64,000 nucleotides of DNA, taken from NCBI GenBank assembly GCA_024679065.1, contig JAGIQG010000013.1, forward strand, positions 42,594,001 through 42,658,000, in the 5' to 3' direction. Shown here piece after piece: positions 1 to 13,560 of the stretch. How positions within the stretch are numbered: position 1 is the stretch's first letter; every line of letters begins with the position of its first letter. A program made the position numbers and the translations under genes. The DNA comes from Sphyrna mokarran (Eukaryota). A model generated the notes under the pieces. It was not told the origin of the DNA and made no database searches. It saw nothing but the letters and a program-made list of their open reading frames with translations.

Positions 1-479
1 TGTGAAGTAATACATTTTGGAAGATCTAATGCAGATGGGAAATATACAGTAAATGACAGATCCCTTAAGAGTATTGATCAGCAGAGGGATCTGGGTGTAC
101 AGGTACACAAGTCACCGAAAGTGGCAATGCAGATGGAGAAGATAGTCAAGAAGACATACGGCATGCTTGCCTTCATCAGCCGAGGCATTGTGTTTAAAAA
201 TTGGCAAGTCATGTTGCAGCTTTATAAAACCTTAGTAAGGTCGCACTTGGAATACAGTGTTCAATTCTGATTGTCACACTGCCAGAACGACGTGGAAGCT
301 TTGGAGAGGGTACAGAAAAGATTAACTAGGATGTTGCCTGGCATTAGTTATGAGGACAGGTTGGAGAAAATTGGTTTGTACTCATTGGAATGACAGGACT
401 GATAGAAGACTTCAAGATTTTGAGGGGCATGGACAGAGTAGACAGTCAGAAGCTTTTTCCCATGGTGAAAGAGTCAATT

Positions 480-803
480 TGTACTATCTGTAACCCTCAT
501 GACTTGCCTGAGTTAGCAAAAAACCTCACTTATTGTGCTATCTGGAGACAATACACATCTCTTTAACCTGTGCTCAGTGCTCAGTCCACTCACATTGTCG
601 ACCACTTTTAGACTTGAACAGCAGGTTAAGTGTAAAGATTCGCATTCTAATCAGTAATCTACAAACAGTCTGTGCTGTTATATGTGCTGTTTGAGACCAG
701 AACATCTCATTCACCTGACGAAGAGCAGATCCTCGAAAGCTTATGTGAGTTTACTATCAAATAAATTGGTTGGACTTAAACCTGGTGTTGCCAGACTTCT
801 TAC
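480..803 (+). mobile_element. Penelope-like element pseudo-LTR (non-coding) insertion
   Basis: Homologous to the reverse complement of ~40960-41270; flanked by the exact 14-bp direct repeat TGAAAGAGTCAATT (466-479, 804-817) inside the CR1. Confidence 0.85.
711..747 (+). ncRNA. Minimal type I hammerhead ribozyme motif (PLE-associated)
   Basis: CAC-CUGACGA-A-GAG(cagauc)CUC-GAAA-GC-UU; core boxes intact at 715-721 and 735-738, stem I 3' arm imperfect. Confidence 0.6.
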
Positions 804-2589
804 TGAAAGAGTCAATTACCAGGGGCATAAGTTTAAGGTGTGAGGGGCAAGATTTAAAGGCACCTTTTTACACAGAAGTTGGTGGCTGTCTGCCACGTGC
901 ACTGGGGGGAAGTAATGAAAATAGATAAAATTGTGACTTTTAAGGAGCATCTTGACAAATACATGAATAGGATGGGAATAGAGGAATATGGCTCCCAGAG
1001 GTGTAGAGGGTTTTAGTTCAGATGGGCAGCATGATCAGTACAGGCTTGGAGGGTCAAAAGGCCTGTTCCTGTGCTGTAATTTTCTTTGTTTTTTGTTCTT
1101 TGTACTTCAATGTCCTCTTCCTCAGCCATTCCCACTTCACTCGCTGCCTAAGCATCAATCTCAAAGCCTCATATACCTTCCCTTTTATCTGATGTGCTGT
1201 GCAGTTTTATCTTATAAAATATTGACAAAAGTCCATTTGAAAAAAGGCTTGTCGATTTTGCCTGCCACCAACCTGTCAGTCCACTGTATCAGTGTCAGGC
1301 GGAATGTAAGGTTTCACTTATATCAATTATCGCAATCTTTTTGGGGCAATGTGAAAAATCTGCCATCTGTTCACCTACCTGTAGGAAGTCCAGCAGTATA
1401 AGCAAATATTAAAAACCAGGTCTCTGCAAAGGGAAGATTATTTATTTATTAAGGATAGAGAACACATCCCAGTTAAGTGTAAATGGTTGTTTATAATGAA
1501 GTCCATGTAAGGGTGGCTAACAGATATAACAAAATATAAGACACAAAATAGATACTGTACAACACAAATCAATAAGAACAATCTTTTAACACTCTGAGCT
1601 TCCTACTCCAATGCCACTTCTGCCACATTGCTGAGGAAGTCTAAAATTAGATTCTTTTTGCTATTCCTCCTAGCCCTGTCTCCCACCTCCCCGCACCCAT
1701 CCCCACCTCCACCTCACCACCATTCAGGACTGGCATGCAATCAAACAAATGGATGTAAAATGCATCAAAGAACAAAACGCAGTGGACTACAAAGATTGAT
1801 GAACTGTTGACTTTTCCTGCATAGATTTAGCAGCTCAAAAGAAAGCAAGTGTTTTATAGAGCTGAAGGGAATAAATCTGTTTGTACCTTCTGCTGTGGTG
1901 ATGAAAGTCTGATAGTAATTTACTGTCAGGAGATAGATGGGATTTTCAGTGCCCAGGGGAGCACTTGTCACGCAAGGGCCAGGATGCTGTACAGTCTGTA
2001 ATCGTGACTTCTGCTGGGGACATGTGTATCAACTCTATAACCAGAAACCTGACAAGCACTGTTATGCAAATAGTGTATGAACTGAGGAAGATAGGATTGT
2101 TCGCTTTAAGGAAGGTGCAGCTAATGAGATAAGGTGCAGAGAATCTAATCTCAACATATCTTTCTTATTTTAAACAACTTAAAGAGTGAAATTATAGGTG
2201 TGAGGAAGCACCACGTAACTTGTGACTTACAAACATGAACCTACTTTATCTCTTTGCAGAAGACGATGGACCTCTTATATCTTTCCAGTATTTGTAATTA
2301 TTATTACGACACATTTGATAACTGGTTATGAGCGCAATAGGAGCAGTATAAAGTTTGGCTTACCCCAGTAATCCAGAGGTTGCACCATTAGTTTAAATAT
2401 TCTGTTCATTCACCACAATGACCATCTGATTAGCTTTACTGCTGTTACTCAGAGTAAAAGAGATTTTAACCAGGCTTCTTTCAATAAACAACATTATTAT
2501 TAAACCAATATCGTCAAATGGAAAGGCAAAATTCACGAACATAATGTCTTAAACATGACACTATACGAATTACCCTTTTAAGGTATCCT

Positions 2590-2740
2590 GACACAAACAC
2601 ACACACACACTCACACAAAAAACACATGCATCACATGCATACACACAGAGACACACACACACACAAACACCACATAAAAACACAAATGCACCACACACAC
2701 AAATGCACGCATAAACAGGCATAAGCGCAAACACACAAAT
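2590..2740. repeat. Imperfect (CA)n microsatellite
   Basis: Interrupted CACACA runs. Confidence 0.9.
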
Positions 2741-2949
2741 AGTAAAACAAAATTAAAGAAATTTTGCCATGAGTTTGAAAGTTAACCATTCAAAGGAAAA
2801 GGAATGATGGTGGAGTCCTTGAATCGGAGATGGAGTTCTGTGGTTGTTCATTCAGTGTTGATCTGTAAAACAAATGATGACTCTTACATTGCTTTTCAGG
2901 CTAGCTTCATCAACACTTTCAGGTGTTCACTCTAAGTCTATAGTGACTT

Positions 2950-5262
2950 AGAGTTATAGAGTCATAGAGCTTTACAGCATGGAAGCAGGTCCTTCTCCCC
3001 ACTTTGTCCATGCCACCCTTTTTTTTAATGACTAAGCTAGTCCCAATTGCCTGTGTCTGGCCCATTATTGCTCGATAGCATTCTTACTCATGTAACTGTA
3101 TAAATGCTTCTTAGAAGACGAAATTATACCTGCCTCTACTATTATATCTGGCAGCTTATCCCAGACACTCACCACCCTCTGTGTGAAAAAATTGCCAATC
3201 TGGACCTTTTGTATCTCTCCCCTCTCGCCTTAAATCAATGTCTTCTCATTTTAGATTCCCCTATTTTTGAGAAAATATATTGACCATCTAGCAGATCTAT
3301 GCCCCTCATTATTTTTAGATCTATATAAGTTATCCCTAAGCCTCCTACGCTCCAGAGAAAAAAAATCCCAGTCTATCCAACTTCTCCTTATAACTCAAAC
3401 CATCAAGTCCCAGTCGTATCCTAGTAAATCATTTCTGCACTCTTTTTAGTTTAATAATGTTCTTTCTATAATAGGGTGACCAGAACTGGACACAGTATCC
3501 TAAGTGTGGCCTTACCAATGTCTTGTACAACTTCAACAAAACTTCCCAACTCCTGTATTCAATGTCCTGACCAATGAAACCAAGCATGGCAAATGCCTTC
3601 TTTACCCCTGTCTACTTGTGGCTCCACATTCAATGAGCTATTAACTTGTAGCCCTCAGCTCTTTATTCTATAACACTCCTCAATGACCTACCATCAACTG
3701 AGTAAGTCCTGCCCTGGTTTGATCTACCAAAGTGCATAACCTTGCCATTTCTCTAAATCAAGCTCCATCTGCCATTCATCAGCCCACTGGCCCAATTGAT
3801 CAAGATCCCATTGCAATCTGAGATAACCTTCTTCACTGTCCACTATGTAACCAATCTTGGTGTGATCTGCAAACTTGTTAAGGTTGGACCCAATTCTCCC
3901 ATGGCAACCCGCAACTTTTCTGGTAGGTCCAGTTAAGAGAAAAATGCATTATTGGCATTTTTCTGGGACTTGTGCATGCGTCAGGGACACATATACATCT
4001 CTCAGGGACGGAGAACAGTTGCAGTTGAGACCGCGCTGTAAACTGGCAGGAAGAGAGGTAAATCATTTGGATCAATTTTTAAATATATTTTTCATGTCAT
4101 CATCGGGACCTTGCCTGTCCCAATAGAATCTCCCATCCCGCCAGGAGTACTACAATCTGGTGGGGATAAGAGTAGCTCCCCATGTCTGGGGAACTAGTGG
4201 GACACTCGCCGGAATGAAGGGGAGCAATCAGCGACCCCTGGGAGTGTTGTGCGGTAGGGGTTAGTACCCCCTGGGCATGGCTACCCTGGTAGTGCCAGCC
4301 CGTGCCTCTGGCACTGCCCAAGGGACGAAGTGCTGATGTCAAAGGTGCACCTTGACACTTCCCATGAACAGTGCCAAGGGGTGGGGCTTATTGTAGGCAG
4401 TGCCTCGGGGTCCCACTGCCACTCTGCATTGGGATCAGTCTGGGATGGAGTGAGGGCAGCGATCAGGGTGGGCTGGGGGGGCAAGGCCTGTAAAGAAACT
4501 TTCTACCTCCTGGGGGACAGTTTGACCCTGGGTGAGGTCAGCAGGGAGTGAGGTCTGCCAGAGTAGGGGTGTAGGGGGACATTGGGGCACTCTGGGGTCG
4601 GGGGGCTCAGGGCTGGCCAGAGAATTGGTGTGGGGCCACGATCGCACTGTTGGGGTGTGGGTTGGAGGTGCAACACTGGCCAGCAAACGGGGAGACTGAC
4701 AGATCGAGGTCACTGCACATGCGCAGAGTTCTAGAGCTGTCAAACTCTGACATGAATAGGCCCCACCTCCTCCTGGATTTTTAATGAGATTTCTAATTGT
4801 GATCTCTGCAGTGCACCGAGTGGGGAGATTCAGGTCGAAAGCTGCACTGAGTAAACAGTCGTGATCTAGAACAGTTCTCCCACCAATTCAGCACCTTTGG
4901 GAGCATCCACCCCTCTCCCCTTCGTCATGCCTCCTAAATTCTCATTCAAATCATTGATGGAAATAACAAATAATAGTAGACACAGCACTGATCCCTGAGG
5001 CACACTGCTGGTCACAGTCCTTCAGTTTGAAAAACAACCCTCCACAACCACCCTCTGTCTTTTGTCATTGTGCCAATTTTGTATCCATTTGGCTACCTCA
5101 CCCTGAATCCCGTGTGATTTAATCTTATACAACAGTCTACCATGTGGTACCTTATCAAAGGCCTTGCCAAAAATCCATGTAGACAACATCAACTACACTG
5201 CCCTCATCTACCTTCTTGGTTGCCCCTTCAAACAATTCAATCAAATTTGTGAGACATGATTT
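2950..5262 (-). mobile_element. CR1 LINE 3' part (RT remnant), split by a MITE at 3886-4912
   Basis: Minus strand shows decayed RT segments (VVYMDF..AFDKVPH near 5140-5180, KFADHTK at ~3855-3875, VRPHLGYCVQFWSP); (CATAGAGT)-type tail at ~2950-2970. Confidence 0.9.
3886..4912. mobile_element. Non-autonomous TIR element, PIF/Harbinger-like MITE
   Basis: GC-rich block interrupting the CR1; degenerate TIRs GGACCCAATTCTCCC / GGGAGCATCCACCC. Confidence 0.65.
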
Positions 5263-6450
5263 TTCAATTCATAGGATTAGTTCATTTGCACCTTGAGCTG
5301 AGGACTGGCTCTGTTCTGCAAAAGGGCTGTATCTTCTTTTCATAAGCAGTTAGTCCATTTCTGAAAGCAAAACCAAAACCAACTTTTAAACACATTTTTC
5401 CAGTCGTGACTTCATTCATAGTTATAAACTACCATGTGACTCCTTTCAGTCACAGTTCATCAGAGTCGAGCAATGTATAGCTTCTTTAAAATTAATTACC
5501 TTTTCCTCAGGAATGGCGATAGACTTGTTCATTAATTCTTTAACGGCATGTGTCTTTCAAAGTATAAATTCTTCTAGAATGTTCTCAGTCCTTGAAGCTG
5601 AATCATTTTCTGTGCTTAAAGCGAACGTGAAAGTTTATAATTTGAAACTAGTTAATAAGCAAGTATAAAAAGGATACTTTTTTTTCAAATATTGATTCAC
5701 TGCTGCGACACTGCAGGGGGTTGAGGGATACTGATGAAAATTTAGCATCAGTGGCAGGAAACAGCTGCTTGAACCCTGCACCATTAACCCTGGCAGGCTG
5801 TTTGGGGCCTAAGATGAAAACATAGACAGAATTTTGCACTCAACAGTGTTAACTTCCACTCAGTAATACTCTGCAAGTTATTTTTAAGTCATTATTTGAC
5901 ACGTGAAAGTGGCCAAGTGAAGGAATTGACTGAAATCACAAAAGTTATGAACATTTATTGTCTGCAAGCATTGGAACCACATCAATTGTCAACAACAATC
6001 ACTCAGCAGACTTCACTGATGTTGGACTGAGATAAAATGGTGCAGAACCAGCATTCAGCTTGCATCAAGAGCGCTTATGCTAAGTAAATTGCCTATTTAA
6101 GCACTCACAGGTAGAAATTGTTGTTGGAAATGAACTAAGTCCCCACGGCCCATACTTGGAAACTTTTCCATGCTGTGTGATTAAGTGCACGTATCAGCAA
6201 TTAGTATGGGCTAGCCTAGCAGTGAACATGTTCCCCCTCCCATTTCTGGTAGAATGGAATATGGACATATAATTAGGCAGAATATAGATATTAGGTAGAA
6301 TTCAAAGATAATTAAGGCCTTATACTTTACAATTAAATAAAATGGTTACAATTTGTTAACAGGCAGAAAGGAATAAAAAAAGTCTTTTTACCCATTTTGC
6401 ACATGGTGGGACAGCCCTATATCTAATTAAAGGCAGATGAAGTACTTCAT

Positions 6451-7300
6451 GGGGTGTAATTTTCCCAAAATATTTCTAAGAATCATAAAGCAAGAAAATG
6501 GGAATCCTCCGCATTGGCCTTTTCGGCGCATCCCATCAGGCAATCTTTCGCCACTTAACGCAATGAAAGAGGCTCCATGTAAATCATGCCGGCACAGTAG
6601 CTTCAGGCAACTGACTCACCCAGAGTGGCTACCGTTGTGCACTGTTAATAAGGGGAGCTGCATCTAAGCCCTAACAATGGTCTCACTGTCAGTCACACAA
6701 GGAAGATGGCACCACAAAGAGCTACTCCTCGGTTTATGCAGCAGAGGAGAAGAGGGATGTCAACCTTCTCTAAGATGGTCCACAACCCAAGGGTTGGGCT
6801 AGCAATGCAGCCTGGGAAGTGATGGCAGCAGCAGCATGTGCCATGCACTGGCACAAAGGACCTGTGCCCAATGCCTAAAAATGATGAATGACTTCTGTGG
6901 GTAGCAAGGGTGAGTGTCCATTCTATTCTGGCACCAGTCCCATTTGTTGTACCTGGAATGTCCATCTATTCCCTGACACCTCATGGCCTTCCAGCATCTT
7001 TGTCCAATTCACCTGGCATCCCTCTTGACAACCCCCTGCCTGCTAAGACACAATCCCAATATATGCCACCAATTGCCCCCACCCTCCGGTACCCTCAACA
7101 CGCCATGTCTTTCCATCCAACAAACAATCAATTTTCCTGTTGTCTCTGCGGGGGAAGGTGGCCCATAATCTCCAGGAGCAGGAAAAGACTGGAAGTGAGG
7201 TTCCTGAGCTGTGTCTTACGCCATTCAAAGAATATACACTCAAAATTTTGAGGGGTGCTTAGGATAGAGCCATTTTTGACAGCAGGTCGGGGTGCACCAT
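6451..7300 (+). mobile_element. Harbinger remnant with Myb/SANT partner-gene exons
   Basis: TIR-like start GGGGTGTAATTTTCCC; 6706-6909 gives MAPQRATPRF..EEKRD..AAWEVMAAA..RTCAQCLKMMND then donor GTGAGT; exon-2-like KVAHN..EQEKTG at ~7152-7230. Confidence 0.7.
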
Positions 7301-7324
7301 GGAAATCAGAATACAGAAAACTGT

Positions 7325-8905
7325 ATTTATTAAACCTGCCTCATCACACATTTCCAAATCTAAAATAGCCTGATTCTTGATTGGTTCCACAACATATCAT
7401 TCTAAGAAACTGTCTTAAATACACTCCCATGAACTCTGCCTCATGGCTACATCTACCAATTTGAATTTCCCAACCTACATGAGGATTAAAATCACCCATG
7501 ATTAATGCACTGTCTTTTTACACACTCTCTTTATCTCCTGTTTTTTTTTTCTCCTATTTGCAGCATAAATACTATTCAGGGACCTGTGGACTACTCCCAA
7601 CAATGTCGTCTTCCCTTTGTCATTTCTTACCTCCAACCATATGGATGCTACATTTTTTGATCCAAGATTATTTCTAGCTATCATACTTATTCCATCTCAT
7701 ACTAATAAAGCACCTCATCATCCTTTCCTTCCTACATGTCCTTAGAAAAAGTCTTATATCCATAAATATTTCGTTCCCAGGTTTGATCTCCTTATAACTA
7801 CATCGGTGTAATGGCTATAAGCTCATACTCACTAATCTGAATTTGCGCTGTTCATTGTTTTTTCTGTTTTAAGTACTAATTTAAGTAATTTAAGAACCAT
7901 TAATTTTGCCTATTTACCTCTATTCTCCCTTTTACTCCCTATTTGTTGCTTTTTTAAAACGTTTGCACACTTTGTCTCTTCCTTTCACATTCTGGGTATT
8001 ATTGCTTGGATAGCTGCCTTGTAAAACTGCCATATCCTTTTGCTATGAAAGCCTACATAATCCTTCTCCAGAACCATCCCCACTCTGCTTAAATTCTATT
8101 TAAAATCTTCTCTACTCCCATATGTGTGGTTTGCAAGAACCCTGGTCCCAGCATGATTCCACTTGTTCCACACTAGTCTTTGAACCATGCATTCATCTCC
8201 TTAATTTTATGTGCCAATTTGCACATGGCTCTGGTAAAAATCCACTTGGAGGTTCTGTTGATTAACTTAGTAATTTCCTCAAACTCTCTATGGACAATCT
8301 CTCACATTCTACATATGTCATTGGTCCCTACATGGACCATGACAATGTGATTCTCCTCCTTCCACCTAAATTCCTCTCCGTTCTGGAGCAGATGTCCTGA
8401 ACCCTGGCACCAAGCAGGGACTCTTACTCTTTTTTGCAGAGAGCTTTGTCAATCTCCCTTAATATGATGTCCCCCACTATTGTTACATTCTTATGTGTTA
8501 CCTGACTTGAATGTTTTCCTGTCCTATGGTCAGTCAGCTCATCTATCCTACAGCTCCCACTCTTATACAAACAAGATGAAAGAACCTGAAACCTGTTGGA
8601 CAATTTCAGGGGCTAATATCGTGCCCTCTGGATCTCCTTACCTTCCTCAGCGACAGTCACACCCCTCAGTCCCTTACCATTTTCCAAATCAGAAGAGCAT
8701 ATCATAAGGGATGTAAACACCCCCTGAAACAATGCTTCCAGGAACTCTGTCCCTCCCTGATATGTTGAAGCATTTGCAGCTCGGTCTCCAATTCAATGAC
8801 TGAAGTTGCTCAAGCCACATACATTGTAGAAACATTTACCTTGGATCACTATGTCATTCAGAAGCTTCCATATGCTGCAGGCTTGTCATATCATCTAGCC
8901 TAGCA
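7325..8905 (-). mobile_element. CR1 LINE 5' portion: ORF1 esterase remnant and ORF2 endonuclease remnant
   Basis: Minus strand IVMVHVGTNDI (SGNH esterase motif, ~8315-8348) and SIWLEVRNDKGKTTLLGVVHRSLNS (APE endonuclease). Confidence 0.8.
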
Positions 8906-9354
8906 TCCATAATAGGCCTTGAATAATTATTTAAGTAAATTATTTATTTATGGTGCTTTTATATATTTTCAACTTATAAAAGAACAGTTCCTATATTATT
9001 TTAAAACTTAGCAATTGAATAAACCTTAAACACTTACTACATTCTCAAATTTTAAAACTAATTCATAAGATGTGTTTATTTTTCTCATGAGGACATGCAG
9101 GAAATTGTACCTATAACTTTCTGGGTTGATTCAAAGCCCAATGATCGCACCTTAAAATCAAAAATGTCTAATGATCGCTGCCAAACACTAATAATTCCTT
9201 CCATAAGCAAGTTACAACTATTTCTGTGATTTGCGATCAATACTCATTCTAAATTACGTGTTTGATGTCAGATCATTGATGTCAGATTTTATAAATGCTG
9301 AATCAATGGCAGATCTTTCAGGTGGGGAAGCGAGGGTCCCTATTTTATACATAT

Positions 9355-9712
9355 CAACATACAAATTAAAAACAGCAGCAGCGTTTCTAGCCCACTCCAC
9401 CATTCAGTAAGATCATGGATGATCGAATTTTAATCTCAAATGCACATTCCTGCCTACCACTGGTAGCTATTTATCCCAGTGCTTACCAAAAATCTATCTG
9501 CTTCTACCTTAAAGATATTTAAAGATTCTGTCACAACCTTTTGAGGAAGAGAATTCCAAAGTTTCACAGCCCCCTGGGAGATAAAATGTCTTTGTCTCTG
9601 TCTTAAATGGGGACCCCTTATATTTAAACAATGTTACTTCTAGTTTCTCCTCCAAAGGGATATATCCTTTCCATATCTAACCTGTCAAGTCCCATCAAGA
9701 TCTTGTAATCTT
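9355..9712 (-). mobile_element. CR1 LINE 3' end, old
   Basis: Reverse complement of CR1 terminal coding region and UTR (..KGSPFKTE.., FKVEADRFL). Confidence 0.7.
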
Positions 9713-9759
9713 ATGTGGTATCAGCACGGCCAACCTCTAAATGCCCAACCTTGATGAAT

Positions 9760-10275
9760 GCTGCAAGTGTTGGGATATCCTGACCAATATTTATATCTCA
9801 ATCAACATCACAAAAACAAATTATCTAGTCATCATCATACTTTTGTTTGCAGGAGCTTAGATTGCTGCCTCATAGCGCCAGTGACCCGGATTCAATTCAG
9901 GCCTCAGGTCTCTGTCTTTGTGGAATCTGCACCTTCTCCCCGTATCAGCGAGGGTTTCCTCTGGGTGCTCCAGTTTCCTCTGACATTCCAAAGATATGTA
10001 GATTGGGTTGATTGACCATGGTAAACTGTCCCTTAGTGTCAGGGAAATCAGGAGGTAAATATGAGGGATTGTTATCGGTGCAGGCTCGATGAGCTAAATA
10101 GTCTCCTTTTATACTGTAGGGATTCTGTGAAGATTCTATAAGGATTGAGCTTGCTGTAAGTAAATTAGCTGTTGCACTTTTTAGGTTACAGCACTTCAAA
10201 AGTGCTTCATTGGTTGTAAAGTTCTTTCGAGCATCTTGAGATTGCAAAAGGCCCAGTACAAATGTAAATCTTTCA
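9760..10275 (+). mobile_element. DeuSINE/SacSINE1-like element split by a HE1 SINE
   Basis: Recalled tail GAGCTTGCTGT..AAATTAGCTG..CACTTCAAAAGTGCTTCATTGGTTGTAAAG..AAATGTAAATCTTTC; continuous across the insert. Confidence 0.65.
9859..10146 (+). mobile_element. HE1-type SINE, 5' truncated
   Basis: B-box-like GGATTCAATTC, HE1 body GGGTTTCCTCTGGGTGCTCCAGTTTCCTC, ATTCTRTR tail; 6-bp TSD GAGCTT (9853-9858, 10147-10152). Confidence 0.85.
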
Positions 10276-11167
10276 TTCTGTCTTTCCTTGCAATGTATGG
10301 TAAACTGCGCTTGGTCTGGGGATCTGACTCAAAAGCCTTTCTTAGAAAAAAATTTATAATCTTGTCAACCTCTTTTTAATTTAGGAATGCAGTGTCCCAA
10401 TCCCAGTGTAAACCATCAAGTAGGATGGTGGGATCTAATTATGCAGTATTGAACTCTGCTGAAACTGGATTTCACCTTGCCAATGACCAGAGTCTGGCAC
10501 AATTTTTGGCTGGCTGTCCTACTACACTCCTGCTGAACTTTTTGAATTTTGCTGGAAGGACTGTACAGTTCACATCTTATAAGTTTAATAAGGGAAACAT
10601 TTGCACTCAGATCACACATGTCCAATCTTCACAGTATCCAACATACTTTGCAACCAATCAATTCATTTTCCAAATGCAGGAAATGTTTTCCTGTAGTGCC
10701 AACTATCTTCAACAGCTTCATCAGAGACCCGAGCAGAAATGAAAGTGCTTCTGACGACTGCACAGTTCAATTTGCAATTCCTCACTGTCATGGGCTTTGA
10801 TGTTCAGCCTTCTAATTGATCACAACTTTTGTAGCCTTCAAGTAACCAAACCAAGTCACGGAGTTCTCTTTAACAACTGTTTTTAATTCAAGCTGTAGCG
10901 AGGACACTGGAAGGTAAAAGGTCAGAGCCTGTAACTAGCCAGAGTGCAGAATTCAGAAAAATACAACAGTTATAGTTTCAAATTTGATTACAAGTCTCCA
11001 TTCATTTATAGTTATCACCTATTAGCCATTTGGAGGAGTCTCACAGCTTTTAGGTGCAGGAGTTTATGCACTGTAAATAATAATAATTAAAGAACAATGC
11101 ACCTCATAGCCAGAGCTCCTCAGTCTGTGCCCCATCTCCCATAGGGAGTTCATTCCCCATCTGTACC

Positions 11168-11650
11168 CATAGAAGCATAACACATCAAATAGTATGGGAA
11201 AGGCCCTTCGGTGCATTGAGTCTGCACCGACAATAACTACCACTAAAGTTGCTCTAATTCTATCGTCCAGCACTTGTGTCTTATTCTTGTATGAATTGGT
11301 ATTTCAAGTGCTCATCCAAATACTTTTTAAAAGTTGGGAGATTTCCAGCCTCTATCACGATCTCAGACAGTGCATTCCAGATTCTCACCACCCTCAATCA
11401 CGCTCCCCACCTCAGTTTTCTCTGCTCTAAAGAAAATAACCTAAGCCTATCCAATCCCTCCTTATAGTTTGAATGCTCCATTCCAGTCAATATTCTGATG
11501 AACCTCTTCTGCATCCCCTCCAGTGCAATCACATCCTTCTGATAGTGGCACACAGTATTCCAGCTGTGGCCTAACCAACACTCTATAACTCCACCATAAC
11601 TTCCTTCCTCTTATTCTCTATGCCATGACTGAAAATAGCAAGTGTTCCAT
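11168..11650 (-). mobile_element. CR1 LINE 3' end, internally deleted
   Basis: Minus strand GIENKRKEVMVEL and LVRPQLEYCVP motifs; CATAGAA tail. Confidence 0.75.
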
Positions 11651-12134
11651 GTCCAGTCAACCTGATATTAATCAACCTCCCACCCTTTCTGAGCATGATC
11701 CGGTTTGTGCCAGCTGAAATTGACCACAATGATTGCAAACCACATTCCACAAGCCCACAGTCATGGTTGTGGTTTGTAGGAGTGGCTAGAGAACCCATCT
11801 CATTTTATAGATAGTTTCTCATTTGCATGTCTGAAACCAGTTGCAAACATCACACACAATCCTGAGAGGCAGTTTATTTATTAGATGGGGAAATCAGATG
11901 CTGAGATAGGTTCTTAACAGCAAATTAAAAGAAAGTGGACACAACAGGGAAGGGATATCACACAAAGAAGTCTATGGATAAGAATGATTCTAGTAATGCA
12001 CCAACGTTTTGAGATACAATCAGGAGGTATTATTGGATTAAGTTCAGAATACAAAGGAGGTCCTCTTGGATGGCGGGCGAGAAATAAGGCAATCTGGTGA
12101 ATGAAGTAGTGTAACCATAAATGTCATGAACATT

Positions 12135-13560
12135 GGGTGGAATTCTCCCCCAAAATATTCTAGTTGAATTTGTGTGAAAACTGGAGTAATTCACAGTGTT
12201 TTTTTTCAATGGAAGTTCAGAGAAGAATCTCCCACACTCTGTGCACTGGAGAGGCCACCAGTGTGAATATCATTACATTTCACAGGGCAGGGCCTATCCC
12301 TGTGAGAGACGCTGAAATTAGCAAAGCGCTGAGGGGGCTACTGCAGATGTACCAATATGTCAAGCACTAATGGCCTCCTGACAACTGGCTAACTCAATCC
12401 CCGCAATGCAAGCTTTTCGCACCCCGCCACCCCCCTACAGCCCGATCGCTGACTTCTCATTCCTGGGCCCAGCCCTGACCTCCTCACTCCTGGCCTCCCC
12501 ATGATCTCCAGCACCCCCCCGACCAATTCCTTGCCCCAAAAGTAACTTCCCCCCCGGCTGTACCGACTCTTCAGCAGACTGACTGACCTCACCTAGCTGA
12601 TCCCCATCCCAGTCTGTTCTGATCACTGCCTCCCTCCTTCCCTTACCGATCCCTGTGCAGGGTAATAGCGGGACACCCCCACTTCCATCTTTCACCCCTA
12701 AGACCTGCCCTCATGAGGCCCCACTCACTTATCCCTGCCCCCATTTGCCCTGCCCTTTGGCACTTGCCCATGCCCGAGTGCAGTGCAAAGGTTCTTCCTT
12801 GTCTTGAGCAGTGCCAGGGGGCACAATCTGACACTCTCACCATCGACCTCTTCGGCGGGGAGGGGCTCTGATTGCCCCCTTCACTCCAGCAGGGTTGGAC
12901 CATCAGCTCCCTAAAAGTGGTGAGCCACTGCAACCCCCACTGGAGTGAAAAACTCTGGCGGGGTGAGAGATGCTAGCGGGCCCAGAGACTTGAGCAGATT
13001 TCTGGCATGGTGCAGATGCCGCTGGAAATCTGGCACTGGGAGATGCAAGCAGAGCCTGAACGCTCAGCCGAACCTTACGAGTTGGCCAAAACTAGAATCT
13101 TCCAGCCAATGTGATGGGAGATTTGTGGCTATTATTCTCACAATCTGGTGGCAGTGCAGAAAGAAGTTTAACAATCTCACCAGGAATGCTGCAGTAGGAC
13201 TTCCCATACTTTCCACACAAACCAGGGGATTCTGCTTTTGCCATTACACCATTAACCTTTCTTCTCCCCACTTAGTATGGCTGCTCATATATCAGGAGAA
13301 ATTCTTCACGACATTTCCTTTCTATTTTACATTCACGCCACCAAAAGCTGCCTCTCTTTCCAAACTGGACTTGTCATTTCTTCCTGTCCTCACACAAAGC
13401 TGCAAAACATTGCCCTGCGCTCATATGAAACCATTTCCACTCTTTGTGAAGGAAAACTAGCACTCAATAGGCGATGGACAACCAGCAGAGAAAGAGGTCC
13501 TATCACACTGCAAAAACTCAGGCCATAGATAACGATTGTCACTGGCCTCACAGGAGGTGC
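12135..13560 (+). mobile_element. Harbinger-like MITE followed by a Myb/SANT remnant
   Basis: TIR GGGTGGAATTCTCCC at 12135; C-rich interior related to 3886-4912; WWQCRKKFNNLTR at ~13146-13185; exon-2-like GKLALNRR at ~13451. Confidence 0.6.

Larger units (their letters stand above)
1..1101 (+). mobile_element. CR1-clade LINE 3' end (decayed ORF2 C-terminus and 3' UTR), interrupted by a PLE insert
   Basis: Translates to CEVIHFGRSN, LYKTLVRSHLEYSVQF and LERVQKRLTRMLPG, typical of CR1 ORF2 C-termini; ends in a (TTGTTCT)-like tail at ~1085-1101. Confidence 0.9.
2317..5640 (-). mobile_element. Possible solo-LTR-like repeat split by a CR1 (pieces ~2317-2950 and ~5265-5640)
   Basis: Non-coding, LTR-like composition with internal (CA)n on both sides of the CR1; termini and TSD not resolved. 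Confidence 0.3.

Noticed and set aside
10715-10735. CTGATGA on the minus strand as a hammerhead or C/D box
   Set aside because: No stem II plus GAAA arrangement and no paired box with a terminal stem.
10385-10912. AG/GT-bounded unique segment with overlapping 116-aa and 83-aa ORFs
   Set aside because: No frame is open across the segment and no protein family is recognisable; a non-coding exon cannot be excluded.
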